Assembly (NCBI RefSeq): GCF_006345805.1
Contig: NC_043017.1
Location: 12,834,001 to 12,898,000, forward strand
DNA from: Octopus sinensis
Taxonomy: Eukaryota
Direction of reading: 5' to 3'
DNA: 64,000 bases
Below the pieces are notes generated by a model. The model made no database searches. It was given only the letters and a program-made list of their open reading frames with translations, and was not told the DNA's origin. Both the position numbers and the translations under genes were made by a program. Below, piece after piece: positions 52,177-64,000 of the stretch. Position 1 is the first letter of the stretch. Every line of letters starts with the position of its first letter.

Positions 52177-52565
52177 CACAGATATGACAGAAGTAAGTAG
52201 ACACCCTTGTAATCATTAAAATCTTTTTAAACCCAAAATTATACATTCAAATTATTTATTAATACTTATAATGTGAATGTCTAATATTTAGAAGACATGC
52301 CCTTTGAATTTTTCATTGCAAGGGCCCTATCAGGCATGCTTACTGATCAGTTGATGAATATTCTCTTGAGGAATTTCTTACCAAGACCCATGCACTGATC
52401 TGGCTTTGAGTATGCTTTCCTGTCCATTATGCCCCAGAGATGTTCAATAGGTTCATATCTGGTGATTGGATTGATCATCGAAGTCTTTAAATGCCATTCT
52501 TTTCCAACCAATCTTGGGTCTTTTTAGCTGTGATAAGGAGTCCTATCTTCCATAAATAAAGAGTC
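52177..52565 (-). mobile_element. Tc1 transposase 3' remnant with TIR
   Basis: FMED..PYH, TAKKTQDWLEKNG and SPDMN-PIEHLWGIMDRK across frameshifts. TIR-like CAGATATGACAGAAGTAAGTAGACACCC. Confidence 0.7.
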
Positions 52566-54116
52566 TTCTTTAATCATTTCAGTACTGAAGTATGCTAAAT
52601 GTCTCTGTAGCAGACTATGTTGGCTCTTTGCTCCTGTCCATCACATAATCACAGTCTACAGCATACACGTGATCACAAATCACAAATTTCACAAGAGTGC
52701 CTCATAAAGATTGCTGCTAGATCTCACTGCACACGCAACTATGTGGTTGCCATCTGCACTACAGAACTAGTTTAACCTCAGGTCATACTTGATCCAGCAG
52801 ATTTGTGATCAGACACTTCAAATGTGGCCATACATTCCATCTGTGACCATCCAATCATAAAAATCTTTTTAGTGTCTTTCCATTTTAAAGTTGAAGGGAG
52901 ATTTGGCTGCTATTTCTAGCAGTCCAAGTAACCACTGTACTGCTGTTACTGTTCTTGTTGTTTAACCCCTGGCCATACTTGATCCATTAGATTTATAAAC
53001 AAAGCATTCTACTCCCAGCCCCACGCTTGACCATCCAGTCATTTCAAACACTTTTTCTCTTGCCCTAAATGTGACTATGCCCTTCGTTTTATAATATGTC
53101 CTTCGTTTTTTTCTTTTCTTTTTTTGTTTTTTTTTGAAAGACACTAGAATGATAATCTGAGGTAAATTTAGCTGCTATTTCTAGCAGAGTCTCCAGCCTG
53201 CTGCGTTGGTGGTTTATATTTAATCATCAGTTTGTCCCATCTATTTTTAAACCTTCCCTCACCCATTACTGTTTATCTTGTTGGTGACATGGGATGTGAC
53301 GTCAGCATTGTTTTCACCACCACCACCAAAACCATCACCACCACCACCACCACAACCACCACACTAACAACAATACAACAGTGACCACCATTGTCACCAC
53401 TATTGGTCTCACCCTACCACTTCCAACAATATGACAATTATATCCACCTCCACTACCACCACCACTCCAACCACCACCATCCTAGTTTCCCCCCCCCCCC
53501 GTGAGCCATCCATACATGTCACACAGCTCCACACTAATGTTATATTTTTAGACATCAGATATAGGTTGGTGGTGATCTTTGTGGGGGAGGCAGCAGCAAA
53601 GGTAGTAGTGGTGATGGTGGTGGTGGTGGTGATCTTGGTGGGGGAGGCAGCAGCAGTGGTCGTAGTGGTGGTGGTGGTGGTGGTGATCTTGGTGGGGGAG
53701 GCAGCAGCAGTGGTGGTAGTGGTGGTGGTGGTGATCTTGGTGGGGAAAAGTGGGCTGTGGTGGTGGTGTTGGTGGTGGTGGTGATCTTGGTGGGGGAGGC
53801 AGCAGCAGTGGTCGTAGTGGTGGTGGCGGCGGCGGCGGCTGTGGTGGTGGTGATGGTGGTGGTGGTGGTGGTGGTGGTGGTGGTGGTGGTGTGGTGGTGG
53901 TGTGGTGGTAGTGGTGGAATGATATGGCTGCTGTTGCTGTTGGTTAGCCCCCCACCCCACCCAGGTCTTACCTTATCACACAGTCCCTTAATAAAAGACC
54001 TCATGGCCATGACTAATCACGCTTGTTTTATTTTTTCCTTCTTTCATTTTTATCTCAGTCACATTATATTTTTTTTAACTTCTATCTTTTATTTGCTTCA
54101 GTGGCCATGCTTAGAG

Positions 54117-54361
54117 CAGTGGTCCTCAATCAGGATCTACATGGCCCTTGAGGGTCCAGATAGGATTTTGTTGTTAAGATTGATGTACAATAGGTGCAGG
54201 CATGGCTGTGTGGTAAGAAGCTTGCTTCCCAGCCATACGGTTCCAGGTTCAGTCCCACTGCATGACACCTTGGGAAAATGTCTTCTACTATAGCCACAAG
54301 CTGACCAAATCCTTGTGAGTGGGTTTGATAAACAGAAACTGAAAGAAGCCCCTCGTATGTA

Positions 54362-54403
<42 letters not shown>

Positions 54404-54781
54404 TTTGTGTCTGTGTTTGACCCCCCTTGAAAACTGGTACTGGTGTATTTACGTCCCCATAACTTAGCTGTTTGGCAAAAGAGACCAATACTAGGCTTAA
54501 AGAATAAGTCCTGAGAGTTGAGTTGTTCAAGGAAGTGCCCCAGCATGGCCACAGTCAAATGACTGAAACAAGTAAAAGAAAAAAAAGAAAAAATACATTG
54601 CTTATAATTCTCCAATACACAAAACATTTTAATTTTTTCTAAATAATTCCTGATATTAATTATAAAAATACAGAAGGATATTTTTTTTTTACATCCATCG
54701 AATGGCTTTGGGGGTCCCCCCCCCCCCAAGTAACACAGAAATCAAAGGGATCCATAGGCAAAGAATGGTTGAGAAGCACTG
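54117..54781. mobile_element. hAT-type MITE interrupted by a SINE
   Basis: Ends CAGTGGTCCTCAA / TTGAGAAGCACTG. Degenerate 8-bp TSD GCTTAGAG/ACTTTGAG. Confidence 0.6.
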
Positions 54782-54844
54782 ACTTTGAGGTTCTGCCCAC
54801 CTTCCCACTGAGCTTGGTTGGTGCCATGTTGGGATGATTATTGT

Positions 54845-54881
<37 letters not shown>

Positions 54882-54984
54882 ACTTAGGCCCTTGGTCTGC
54901 CCTTATCACACAGATCGAAACTTTCAATAAACAAAGGCATTCTAGCCATGACTGTTCCATCTGTGTCCTTCAAACATAGTATCT

Positions 54985-55435
54985 TCTTAATCCATTTTTC
55001 CCCTTGTGGAACATAGGGCCTCAACAGTTGTTTTCCACTAATTTTGCGGTCATTGGTGTGTTTCTTGGCTGCTTCCCATGTCAGGCCGGTGATCCTGGGC
55101 TCGTCCAAAATGCTCCGCTTCCATGTCTGCTTCAGGTGTCCTTGCTTCCTTTTCCCCTGCGGGTTCCAGTCAAGTGCTTGTTATGTCACATTTGGGGGTT
55201 CTTTCCGCAGTGTGTGTCCAATCCATCTCCATTTCCTTCATCTAATCCGAACATGTATGGGCTCCTGGTTGGCCCTTTCCCTTTGGCACACTGTCGAACC
55301 ACTTCAGATGGAGGATCTGCCGGAGACATTTGTTGATGAAGGTCTGGATCTTCTTGTAGTTGCTGCAGGTGGCTCTCAATGTTTCAGAGCCATACAAAAG
55401 CACAGATTTTACGTTGGAACTAAACATAAACATTG
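54985..55435 (-). mobile_element. RTE-clade LINE 3' fragment
   Basis: SNVKSVLLYGSET...IQTFINKCLRQIL and GLTWEAAKK motifs. Confidence 0.8.
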
Positions 55436-55948
55436 TATGTCTAGAACTATATTATTCTGGGAGTGGCTGTGTGGTAAGTAGCTTGTTTACCAACCACTTT
55501 TTTCGGGTTCAGTCCCACTGTGTGGCACCTTGGGCAAGTGTCTTCTACTATAGCCTCAGGCCGACCAAAGCCTTGTGAGTGGATTTGGTAGACGGAAACT
55601 GAAAGAAGCCTGTCGTATATATGTATATATATATATATATGCGTGTGTGTGTTTGTGTGTCTGTGTTTGTCCCCCTAGCATTGCTTGACAACCGATGCTG
55701 GTGTGTTTATATCCCCGTTACTTAGCGGTTCGGCAAAAGAGACCGATAGAATAAGTACTGGGCTTACAAAAGAATAAGACCCGGGGTCGAGTTGCTCAAT
55801 TAAAGGCGGTGCTCCAGCATGGCCGCAGTCAAATGACTGAAACAAGTAAAAGAGTAAAAGAGAGAGTTACCTTTTTTTTCTTCTAAATACAACAGGCTGT
55901 GCTTTGAAGGAGATTTGACTGCTATTTCTAGTTGGCTGAGCGACCACA

Positions 55949-56048
55949 NNNNNNNNNNNNNNNNNNNNNNNNNNNNNNNNNNNNNNNNNNNNNNNNNNNN
56001 NNNNNNNNNNNNNNNNNNNNNNNNNNNNNNNNNNNNNNNNNNNNNNNN
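55949..56048. other. Assembly gap (100 N)
   Basis: Run of N. Confidence 1.
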
Positions 56049-56206
56049 GACCTTATTTTGACAGCCAGCTTCCTGAAGATTTCATCTGAATGAAACAGTT
56101 CTAGTCCTGTAGAAGCTCCTTCTATAAATAAATTACTTTACCTCTGCTATGTTATTGAGTACCTTATTTACTGTGGTTAACCCCGACTCACCCGGGACCT
56201 ACATAT

Positions 56207-56238
<32 letters not shown>

Positions 56239-56714
56239 AACAATTATACATATATAATACATACACCACACACATACAAAGCTTTGGTGTCCAGTAGATA
56301 CCCCAAGATGTCATACAGCTGACTAAAACTGAAACCTTACAGCACCAAAGCAAACTTCCTAAGCATACTTAAATACACATAGATACTATAACATTTCCCC
56401 CACTATGCACTCTACACAGGAAAATACATATATGTCAAGTGCTCTCTTAAACACAACACGGAGGTAACATAGAAGGGAAGCAAGAGAAAAAAAAACAAGC
56501 AATATTATGTACAAAAATAGGCAAAAAAAAATAAATGTATTTGTCATTTCTTTTTCATTTTGATGATTGACCTCAGCTTGAGAGATGGAAAGATTTTTTT
56601 TCAATATCTATAGTAAAATATAAATAGGTTAATGTATAAATTTATGTAAAATATAAGCCTTAGAGTGAATTTGGTAGATGGAAAGCGTGTGGAAGCTCAT
56701 CGTGTGTGTGCCCG

Positions 56715-56745
<31 letters not shown>

Positions 56746-57028
56746 TGTGTGTGTGTGTGTGTGGACATGTGGATGTGACATGTGAGAGTTTGATTCTGCT
56801 GCCCTTGTTTGAGTTTTTTGTTGTGGTGAAGATTCATCAGGAATCTTGGACAGCAGGTCAAGGTGCTTCCTAAAAACATCTACCCTACACCACTCCATGT
56901 AGATCTCTCTTTGATTATTTACACACACACTCTCAAACACATATATATGTGTGTGAGAGTGTGTGTGTGTAAATAATCAAATTACAACAGGTGGGTGTCA
57001 ACTATAATAATTGTATACTCATGCACTT

Positions 57029-57059
<31 letters not shown>

Positions 57060-58036
57060 CAGGCATGTATGTCTGTGTATATATATGTGTATATGTGTGT
57101 GTATGTGTGTATGTATGTATGTGTGTGTGCATGTATATACACATATATGTATATATGTGTGTGGTGTGTGTGTGTGTATACATACAGATGTATGTGTATA
57201 GCTTTGTGTATGTGTTTGTCCCCACTGGGCAATCAGTGTTGGTTTATTTACATCCAATATTTTAGAGGTTCAACAAAAGAGGCCGATAGAGTAAGTACCA
57301 GGATTGAAAAGTAAACCTCTCAAAATGGTGCCCCAGCATGGTCACAATTGAATGATTGAAACAAGTAAAGGATAAAAAAAAAGATATGTAAAACATACAT
57401 ACAGAAATGTAAACATATACACACGTGTATATACATATAAATATACATATTATATATAGACATATATACGACAACAGTCATATATATCAGATCCAGTTGA
57501 TCTGATCAAAGGAACAGCCTCCTCATGAAATTAACATGCAAGTGGCTGAGTACTCCACAGACATGTGTTCCCTAAACATAGTTCTTGGGGAGATTCAGCA
57601 TGACACAGTGTGTGACAAGGTTGGCCCTTTGAAATACAGGTACAACAGAAACAGGAAGAAAGAGTGGAGAAAGTAGTGGTGAAAGAGTACAGCAGGGTTT
57701 TTGCTCAATAAACACTCACAATGCCCGGTCTGGGAATCGAAACCATAATCCTACAACTGCGAGTCCACTGCCCTAACCACTGGGCCATTGCAACCTCCAC
57801 TATTACATACATATATATAGTATATATATATATATATATATATATACTATATATATATATATTTATATTATATATATATATAATAATATATAATATTATA
57901 TGTATGTATGTATATATATATATGTGTATATAATATATATATACATATATAAATATATGTATATAAAATATACATATATAAATAAAAATATATATATATA
58001 TATGTATAGATATCTATATATATATATATATGTATG

Positions 58037-58086
<50 letters not shown>

Positions 58087-58503
58087 GTATGTATATGTAT
58101 GTATATATGTATGTATATATGTATGTATGTATATACATATCAATATATATATATGTATATACATATACATATACATACACACACACACACACATATACAT
58201 ATACATATAGATAAATATATATATATATATAACATATACAAGCATACACCATAAAAATTACTAAAACCTTAATAAAATATACGCCTCATCTCAAACACTT
58301 AAACATTATGTAAAAAGAATCTGTAAAATAAATCAACTGCAAACAAACTTTAAAGAATAACAAACAAATACGCGACATACAAAAACGAAGAACCACCCGA
58401 CTTCTCTAAGCAGCATCACTTTCACCATCATCGCCGCAATCTCCCCATCCTACCCTGCCTTACCGCCCCACTGCCAATGAAATGAAAACTTCTTTGCACT
58501 CAC

Positions 58504-58567
58504 CTCTGACCTGACATTGCCCAAATATGAGCAACACAACTAAGGACAAAGCTAATTGAAAATTCAT
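58504..58567 (-). CDS. Probable first coding exon (signal peptide) of the S1 serine-protease homologue: MNFQLALSLVVLLIFGQCQVR-G
   Basis: ATG at 58567, then 21 codons with a hydrophobic core typical of a signal peptide. Ends in a strong donor AGAG|gtgagt, phase 1. Linkage to the downstream exons is inferred from strand and phase across an assembly gap. Confidence 0.6.
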
Positions 58568-58584
58568 GTTAACAGAGGAGAAAA

Positions 58585-58620
58585 CTCTGAGAACTAAAGT
58601 CTGGTGCAATCCATTATAAA
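58585..58620 (-). promoter_or_regulatory. Possible core promoter (TATAAT plus Inr-like TTAGTT) upstream of the signal-peptide exon
   Basis: TATAAT at 58618-58613 and TTAGTT at 58597-58592, just upstream of the ATG. Short motifs in AT-rich DNA are weak evidence. Confidence 0.25.
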
Positions 58621-58693
58621 GACATACGTATAGAAATGTGTATGTATGTGTGTGTGTGTGTGTGTATTATATATGTATATATATATATGTATG

Positions 58694-58727
<34 letters not shown>

Positions 58728-58729
58728 TG

Positions 58730-58764
<35 letters not shown>

Positions 58765-60264
58765 TCAATACACATATACTCAACATATGCTTGTATGTTA
58801 GTATGTATATACGTATACACATATATATATATAAATATGTGTATATATGTGTGTATATATATATGTGTGTATGAGTGTGTGTATGTATGATTGTATGCAA
58901 GTATGTGTGTGCATGTGTGTTTATGTATGTATGCATGTATGTATGTGTGTGTGTATGTATGTATATGTATGTATGTATGTGTGTGTATGTATGTATATGT
59001 ATGAATGCATGCATGTATGTATGTGTATGGATGTATGTATGTATGTATGCATGTATGTATGTATGTATGTATGTATGTATGTGTGTATGTATGTATGTAT
59101 GTATGTATGTATGTATGTGTGTGTATGTATGTGTATATGTATGTATGTATGCATGTATGTATGTATGTATGTATGTATGTATGTATGTATGTATGTATGT
59201 ATGTATGTATGTATGTATGTATGTATGTATGTATGCATGCATGTATGCATATGTATGTATGTGTATGAATGTATGTATGTATGTGTGTGTGTATGCATGT
59301 ATGTATATGTATGAATGCATGCATGTATGTATGTGTGTATGTATGTATGCATGTATGTATGTGGTGTTTGTGTAATAAATCCATTGCTAGACTTTTTGAC
59401 TATTGAATTGTGATTCTATCGGGTCAGCTGCTGAGTTTCCCAAGACCAAACCATATCATCGACGTTACCTGGACACTCTGGCAAGCATTGGCTAATATAG
59501 GCTTACCACTCAAGTGATCCCAGATTAATAATCAGTGGAATCACTTATGTTATTACACCGTGGTTTCGGGTTCAATCCCCTTGTGTGGTACCTTCAGCTA
59601 ATTAATGTTTTCTGCTATTATAGCCCCAAGCCAAACAAAATCTTGTAGGTAGATTTGTGATAGAATAAAACTGAAAGAACCCCTCACTGGTGCCAGTGCC
59701 ATGTAAAAAGCATCCAGGTGTAAAAATCATGCCAAAGCAGACCTCACCAGTGCTGGTGGCATATAATGAATAAAGCCCCCAGTCTACTTTGTACAGAAGC
59801 TGGCATTAGGAAGAACATCCTATCATAGAAAACCATACCAAATAAAAGACAGTGGAGTTTGGTGCAGTCCTCTGGCTTGCCAGCTGCGGAGAGTAACTGT
59901 CCAACACATGCCAGCATGGAAAACAAATATTAGATGATGACAACGATGATGACAACAACAACAACGATGGTGGTGGTGATGGCGGCAACGGGGGTGGCAA
60001 TGACAACGACAATATATACGCAGCTATATCACAGTGTCACTGTAACAACCGTTTGTGTCTCCTTGTCTTGACATCACCTGTCAGTTGTAAACAAGCTGCA
60101 CCATCACACAAGCAGTGTCAATCGTTTCCTGTCTTCGTGAAGAGGTGGGTGTGGGCAACAGGAGAGGGCTTGGAGCTGTTAAAAATTCACCTTAAAGAAA
60201 TCTATTTGAGCGATGCAAGCATGGAAAAAAAAACTGAAGTTAAGACACTGATGATGATGATGGT

Positions 60265-61545
60265 AGTGGAGGCCTATCAAACATGTGTCTTAACTTCACT
60301 GTTGTGTGGATGCCAGACCTGGACAACCTACTTCAGGTATATTCAACATCTTGAGCACTTCCACCAGTGGTGGTGGCATAATATCCTAAAGATCTCAAGG
60401 CAATCTCATGTATCTATTTCTTTACTACCCACAAGGGGCTAAACACAGAGGGGACAAACAAGGACAGACAAACGGATTAAGTTGATTATATCGACACCAG
60501 TGTGTAACTGGTACTTATTTAATCAACCCCGAATGGATGAAAGGCAAAGTTGACCTTGGCGGAATTTGAACTCAGAATGAAACGGCAGACGAAATACGTA
60601 TTTCTTTACTGCCCACAAGGGGCTAAACACAGAGGGGACAAACAAGGACAGACAAACGGATTAAGTTGATCATATCGATCCCAGTGTGTAACTGGTACTT
60701 ATTTAATCAACCCCGAAGGGATGAAAAGCAAAGTTGACCTCGGAGGAATTTGAACTCAGAACGAAACGGCAGACGAAATACAGCTACGCATTTCGCCCGG
60801 TGTGTTAACGTTTCTGCCAGCTCGCCGCTTGATGCATGAATACTGCAGCTGGCTGTGGAGGCGCAATGGCCCAGTGGTTAGGGCAGCGGATTCGCGGTCG
60901 TAGGATCGCGGTTTCGATTCCCAGACCGGGCGTTGTGAGTGTTTATTGAGAGAAAACACCTAAAGCTCCATGAGGCTCCGGCAGGGAATGGTGGTGATCC
61001 CTGCTGTACTCTTTCACCACAACTCTCTCTCACTCTTACTTCCTGTTTCTGTTGTACCTGTATTTCAAAGGGCCGGCCTTGTCACTCTCTGTGTCACGCT
61101 GAATATCCCCGAGAACTACGTTAAGGGTACACGTGTCTGTAGAGTGCTCAGCCACTTACACGTTAATTTCACGAGCAGGCTGTTCCGTTGATCGGATCAA
61201 CCGGAACCCTCGTCGTCGTAACCGACGGAGTGCTTCCTTCTCTGCAGCTGGCAAAAATGATAATTGAGCCCATAACTATGAAACCCCAACTTAGATGATC
61301 TGGTCATTTTGGTCCTTTTAGGGTGCACCCACATGTCAAAACAGGTGTTGTAAGGTGAACTGGAGCAAGGAAAACATCCCCAATGAATGTCACACAAGCA
61401 TTTCAAAGATAATATTAAAGACATATCAATACTAACACCTGGGGATACCTTGCATCACATAGGGAACTGCACAGGGATCTGACTGCAATTTGTGTTAAGG
61501 AATTTGAGAACAACAGGATTGCAAATATTGATTTGAAATGTTCTG
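60265..61545 (+). mobile_element. RTE/BovB-like LINE fragment interrupted by younger SINEs
   Basis: AYQTCVLTSLLCGCQTWTTY..IQHLEHFHQ...ILKI at 60265-60400. Continues as L*GEL..GK and HFKD after 61250. Confidence 0.6.
60854..61241 (+). mobile_element. tRNA-Arg-like SINE family 3 (OR-type), full copy with TSD
   Basis: Head GGAGGCGCAATGGCCCAGTGG...GTTTCGATTCC. 11-bp TSD CTGCAGCTGGC at 60843 and 61242. Confidence 0.88.
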
Positions 61546-62374
61546 GTCGGAGTGGTTGGCGTTAGGAAGGGCATCCAGCTGTAGAAACACTGCCAGATCT
61601 GACTGGCCTGGTGCAGCCTTCGGGCTCCCCAGACCCCAGTTGAACCGTCCAACCCATGCTAGCATGGAAAGCGGACGTTAAACGATGATGATGATGATGT
61701 GAATCCTCTCCCTGAGAAGGACACCATAGAGTTTCTTTCATGGGACTAGTGTGGTCATGTGACTAGTATGGTCAGGCCTACTCAACCACAAGTGTGGTTA
61801 CAGAGGCGCACCCATCTACCTATGTGATATCTAGTATGTTCTTTTTTGCACTTTGTGTAGAAGAGTGCATAGGTGGCCAGTGGACTCACTTGACATTAAA
61901 GGTCCCATCATCAAGATGATCAGACTGTTGCTGGAAGGCTAACTTGTGGTTGATGCAGAATGACTTGTAGATTCCTTGCTGGACTTAGCCATATGAGAAG
62001 TCATCAGCAATGGGGAGACCAAACATGTGATGTTTCTTAGAGTGAAATGGGTTTAAAAAATGGTCTTACTCAGTCACAAATTGACACACACTTATATACA
62101 TTCGTGTACCATGAATGTGTATAAGTCTATACATGTATGTGTGTTTTCTGTCTTTAATTATCTAAATTCTTCCTGTGAAGAAGGAGGTAGTTTCTAACAA
62201 TGATACAAAGCCCCTTCGTTAGAATGTAGATAACAAAACCAATGTCACATTTTAAACTTGAGAAAAATTCTTGCATATTTTTACTGTTCCACTTACTGAT
62301 TGTATTTGTAATGTGCATATCAGTCGGTTGATTTTTTTTTCGGAAACTCCAAGCTTTTCTAGATTGTCACTTGA

Positions 62375-62761
62375 TGGATGGAAGCACTCCGTCGGTTCCG
62401 ACGACGAGGGTTCCGGTTGATCCGATCAATGGAACAGCCTGCTCGTGAAATTAATGTGTAAGTGGCTGAGCACTCCACAGACACGTGTACCCTTAACGTA
62501 GTTCTCGGGGATATTCAGCGTGACACAGAGAGTGACAAGGCCGGCCCTTTGAAATACAGGTACAACAGAAACAGGAAGTAAGAGTGAGAGAAAGTTGTGG
62601 TGAAAGAGTACAGCAGGGATCACCACCATCCCCTGCCAGAGCCTTGTGGAGCTTTAGGTCTTTTCGCTCAATAAACACTCACAATGCCCGGTCTGGGAAT
62701 CGAAACCGCGATCCTACGACCGCGAGTCCGCTGCCCTAACCACTGGGCCATTGCGCCTCCA
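62375..62761 (-). mobile_element. SINE family 3, full copy in the opposite orientation
   Basis: Near-identical reverse complement of 60857-61236. An older copy lies at 57490-57800; related heads at 35985-36235, 36470-36785, 7265 and 24665. Confidence 0.88.
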
Positions 62762-62949
62762 TGTCAAAGTGTCACTTAGGCATTTACTCACAATACCAAG
62801 TGTACCAAATATAAGTGGTATAAATGTAAATTTGTAATCTGGATAGAGAAGCTTAAGGTTTTGAAGCAGTTGTCCAAAGTTATCCTCTTACCCTTCGATT
62901 TTGAAAGAGCTATTCACATCAGGACAGTTGAACTCTATGACAGCACATA

Positions 62950-63822
62950 CGAGGTCTGATCAATAAGTATCCGGACTGTTGCCATAGTAACGAAACTAAA
63001 GCACACAGAGAAAAGCTGCTGGGCAAAGATTGAGCATGAACTCCGCTGTGCGTGTGCACTAAGTTTTAATGTTATAGCTCATTTCTACTGTTTATAGCAG
63101 TGCTTGGAAGGAAGGAGTGTAGCATGTGATCATTGCATTGACCATGACAGAGAAAATTGTCATGCCAATACCTGCTCAGAGGCCAACACAAAGTTGCAGA
63201 AAGTGTATGAAGTGGAGTGTACGAGTGGTTCAGACATTTCCAAGATGGCCAAAAAATGTCGATATTGATAAACATTCTGGGAGACCTGCAACCAGCAGAA
63301 CTGAGAAAAACATCACAGATGTGTGTGAAGCTGGGAGGGGAAATCATCAAATCACCATCCGTGAGTTATCAGAGGATGTGCAGATTAGTTACAGTTCAGT
63401 TCAATTTATTATCACTCAAGATTTGGGTATGAGATGATTGTCTGCCAAGTTTGGACCGAAACTGCTTTCAGCTGACCAAGAAGACACTCGGGTTTCAGTT
63501 GCACAAGATCACCTTGATTGTGTCAAGAACAATGAAAACTTTTTGAAAATTTTGTGTAGACCGCTGAGCAGGTATCACCTAGCTTTTAGCAAAATTTGCT
63601 ACACATTCCTGCTCAACTTTCTCTGCCATGACCAATGCGACATCACATGCTACACATCTTCCTTCCAAGCACTGCTGTAAAGATCAGAAGTGAGCTAGAA
63701 TGCTAAAACTTGGTGTACATGCACAGAAGAATTTAAGGTCAACCTGTACCAAGAGGCTTCACTTTGCATGCTTTAGCTTCATTACTATGGCAACAGTCCG
63801 GATACTTTTTGATCAGACCACG
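62950..63822 (+). mobile_element. Non-autonomous mariner element with long terminal inverted repeats
   Basis: TIRs CGAGGTCTGATCAATAAGTATCCGGAC / GTCCGGATACTTTTTGATCAGACCACG. Inverted similarity extends ~230 bp. Internal VYEWF..F..G...SGRP, ITIREL...IS..SV..I...LG and AK..PKLL; no catalytic domain. Confidence 0.88.
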
Positions 63823-64000
63823 TCCTTTTTCCTTGTCTGTCCCAAATAATATCCAGCTTGTTATGTTTAAACTTAAAAAATATTTTCCATGTGCTGATAT
63901 TTGTGTGCATATTTAATAACAGGGGGATTCTCTATATTTATTCCAGGACAGTTTTTTTTTTTCCGGATGGCATTATTGTGTTAGCGACAAAGTTGTGTCA

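Larger units (their letters stand above)
57805..59362. repeat. (TA)n and (TATG)n tracts flanking the unique island 58250-58635
   Basis: Read directly from the sequence. Confidence 0.9.

Noticed and set aside
56142-56198. Exon-like segment VPGESGLTTVNKVLNNIAE on the minus strand
   Set aside because: Wrong phase for the signal exon (stop codon in phase 1), no S1 motif, and it abuts (TA)n like other repeat inserts.
60857-60930. tRNA-like sequence with A and B boxes
   Set aside because: SINE head continuous with a SINE body and TSD. No proper acceptor stem.

Overview
A 64-kb, AT-rich, extremely repeat-dense eukaryotic window. The SINE complement matches my recollection of octopod cephalopod (Octopus-type) SINEs, so the taxon is an inference. 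Nearly all of the ORF track is artefact from microsatellites and SINEs. One real protein-coding gene is supported, on the minus strand: a spliced chymotrypsin-fold (S1) serine-protease homologue with exons at 50245-50370, 45018-45148 and 43168-43326, plus a probable signal-peptide exon at 58504-58567. Its catalytic Ser195 motif GDSGGP reads EPMGSP, so it looks like a pseudo-protease. The exons for the N-terminal half were not found and may lie in the 100-N gap at 55949-56048. The rest is tRNA-derived SINEs of at least four families, fragments of R4/Dong, CR1, RTE and Jockey-like LINEs, mariner/Tc1 remnants, TTAA-flanked piggyBac-like MITEs and long microsatellites. The most interesting signal is RNA-level. 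(TA)n tracts host several unrelated non-coding elements carrying hammerhead ribozyme (HHR) motifs. The best is at 29952-30724: a 352-nt tandem unit in which each copy has a canonical type-I HHR on top of a long rod-like stem, preceded by an inverted partial copy. This is the architecture of a Penelope-mobilised, non-autonomous retrozyme that could yield a ~352-nt self-cleaved or circular RNA. Further HHRs or HHR-like motifs occur at 28994-29036, 8740-8809 and in a dispersed family (4755, 8059, 29510/29655, 51517). All RNA structures were folded by eye, not computed.
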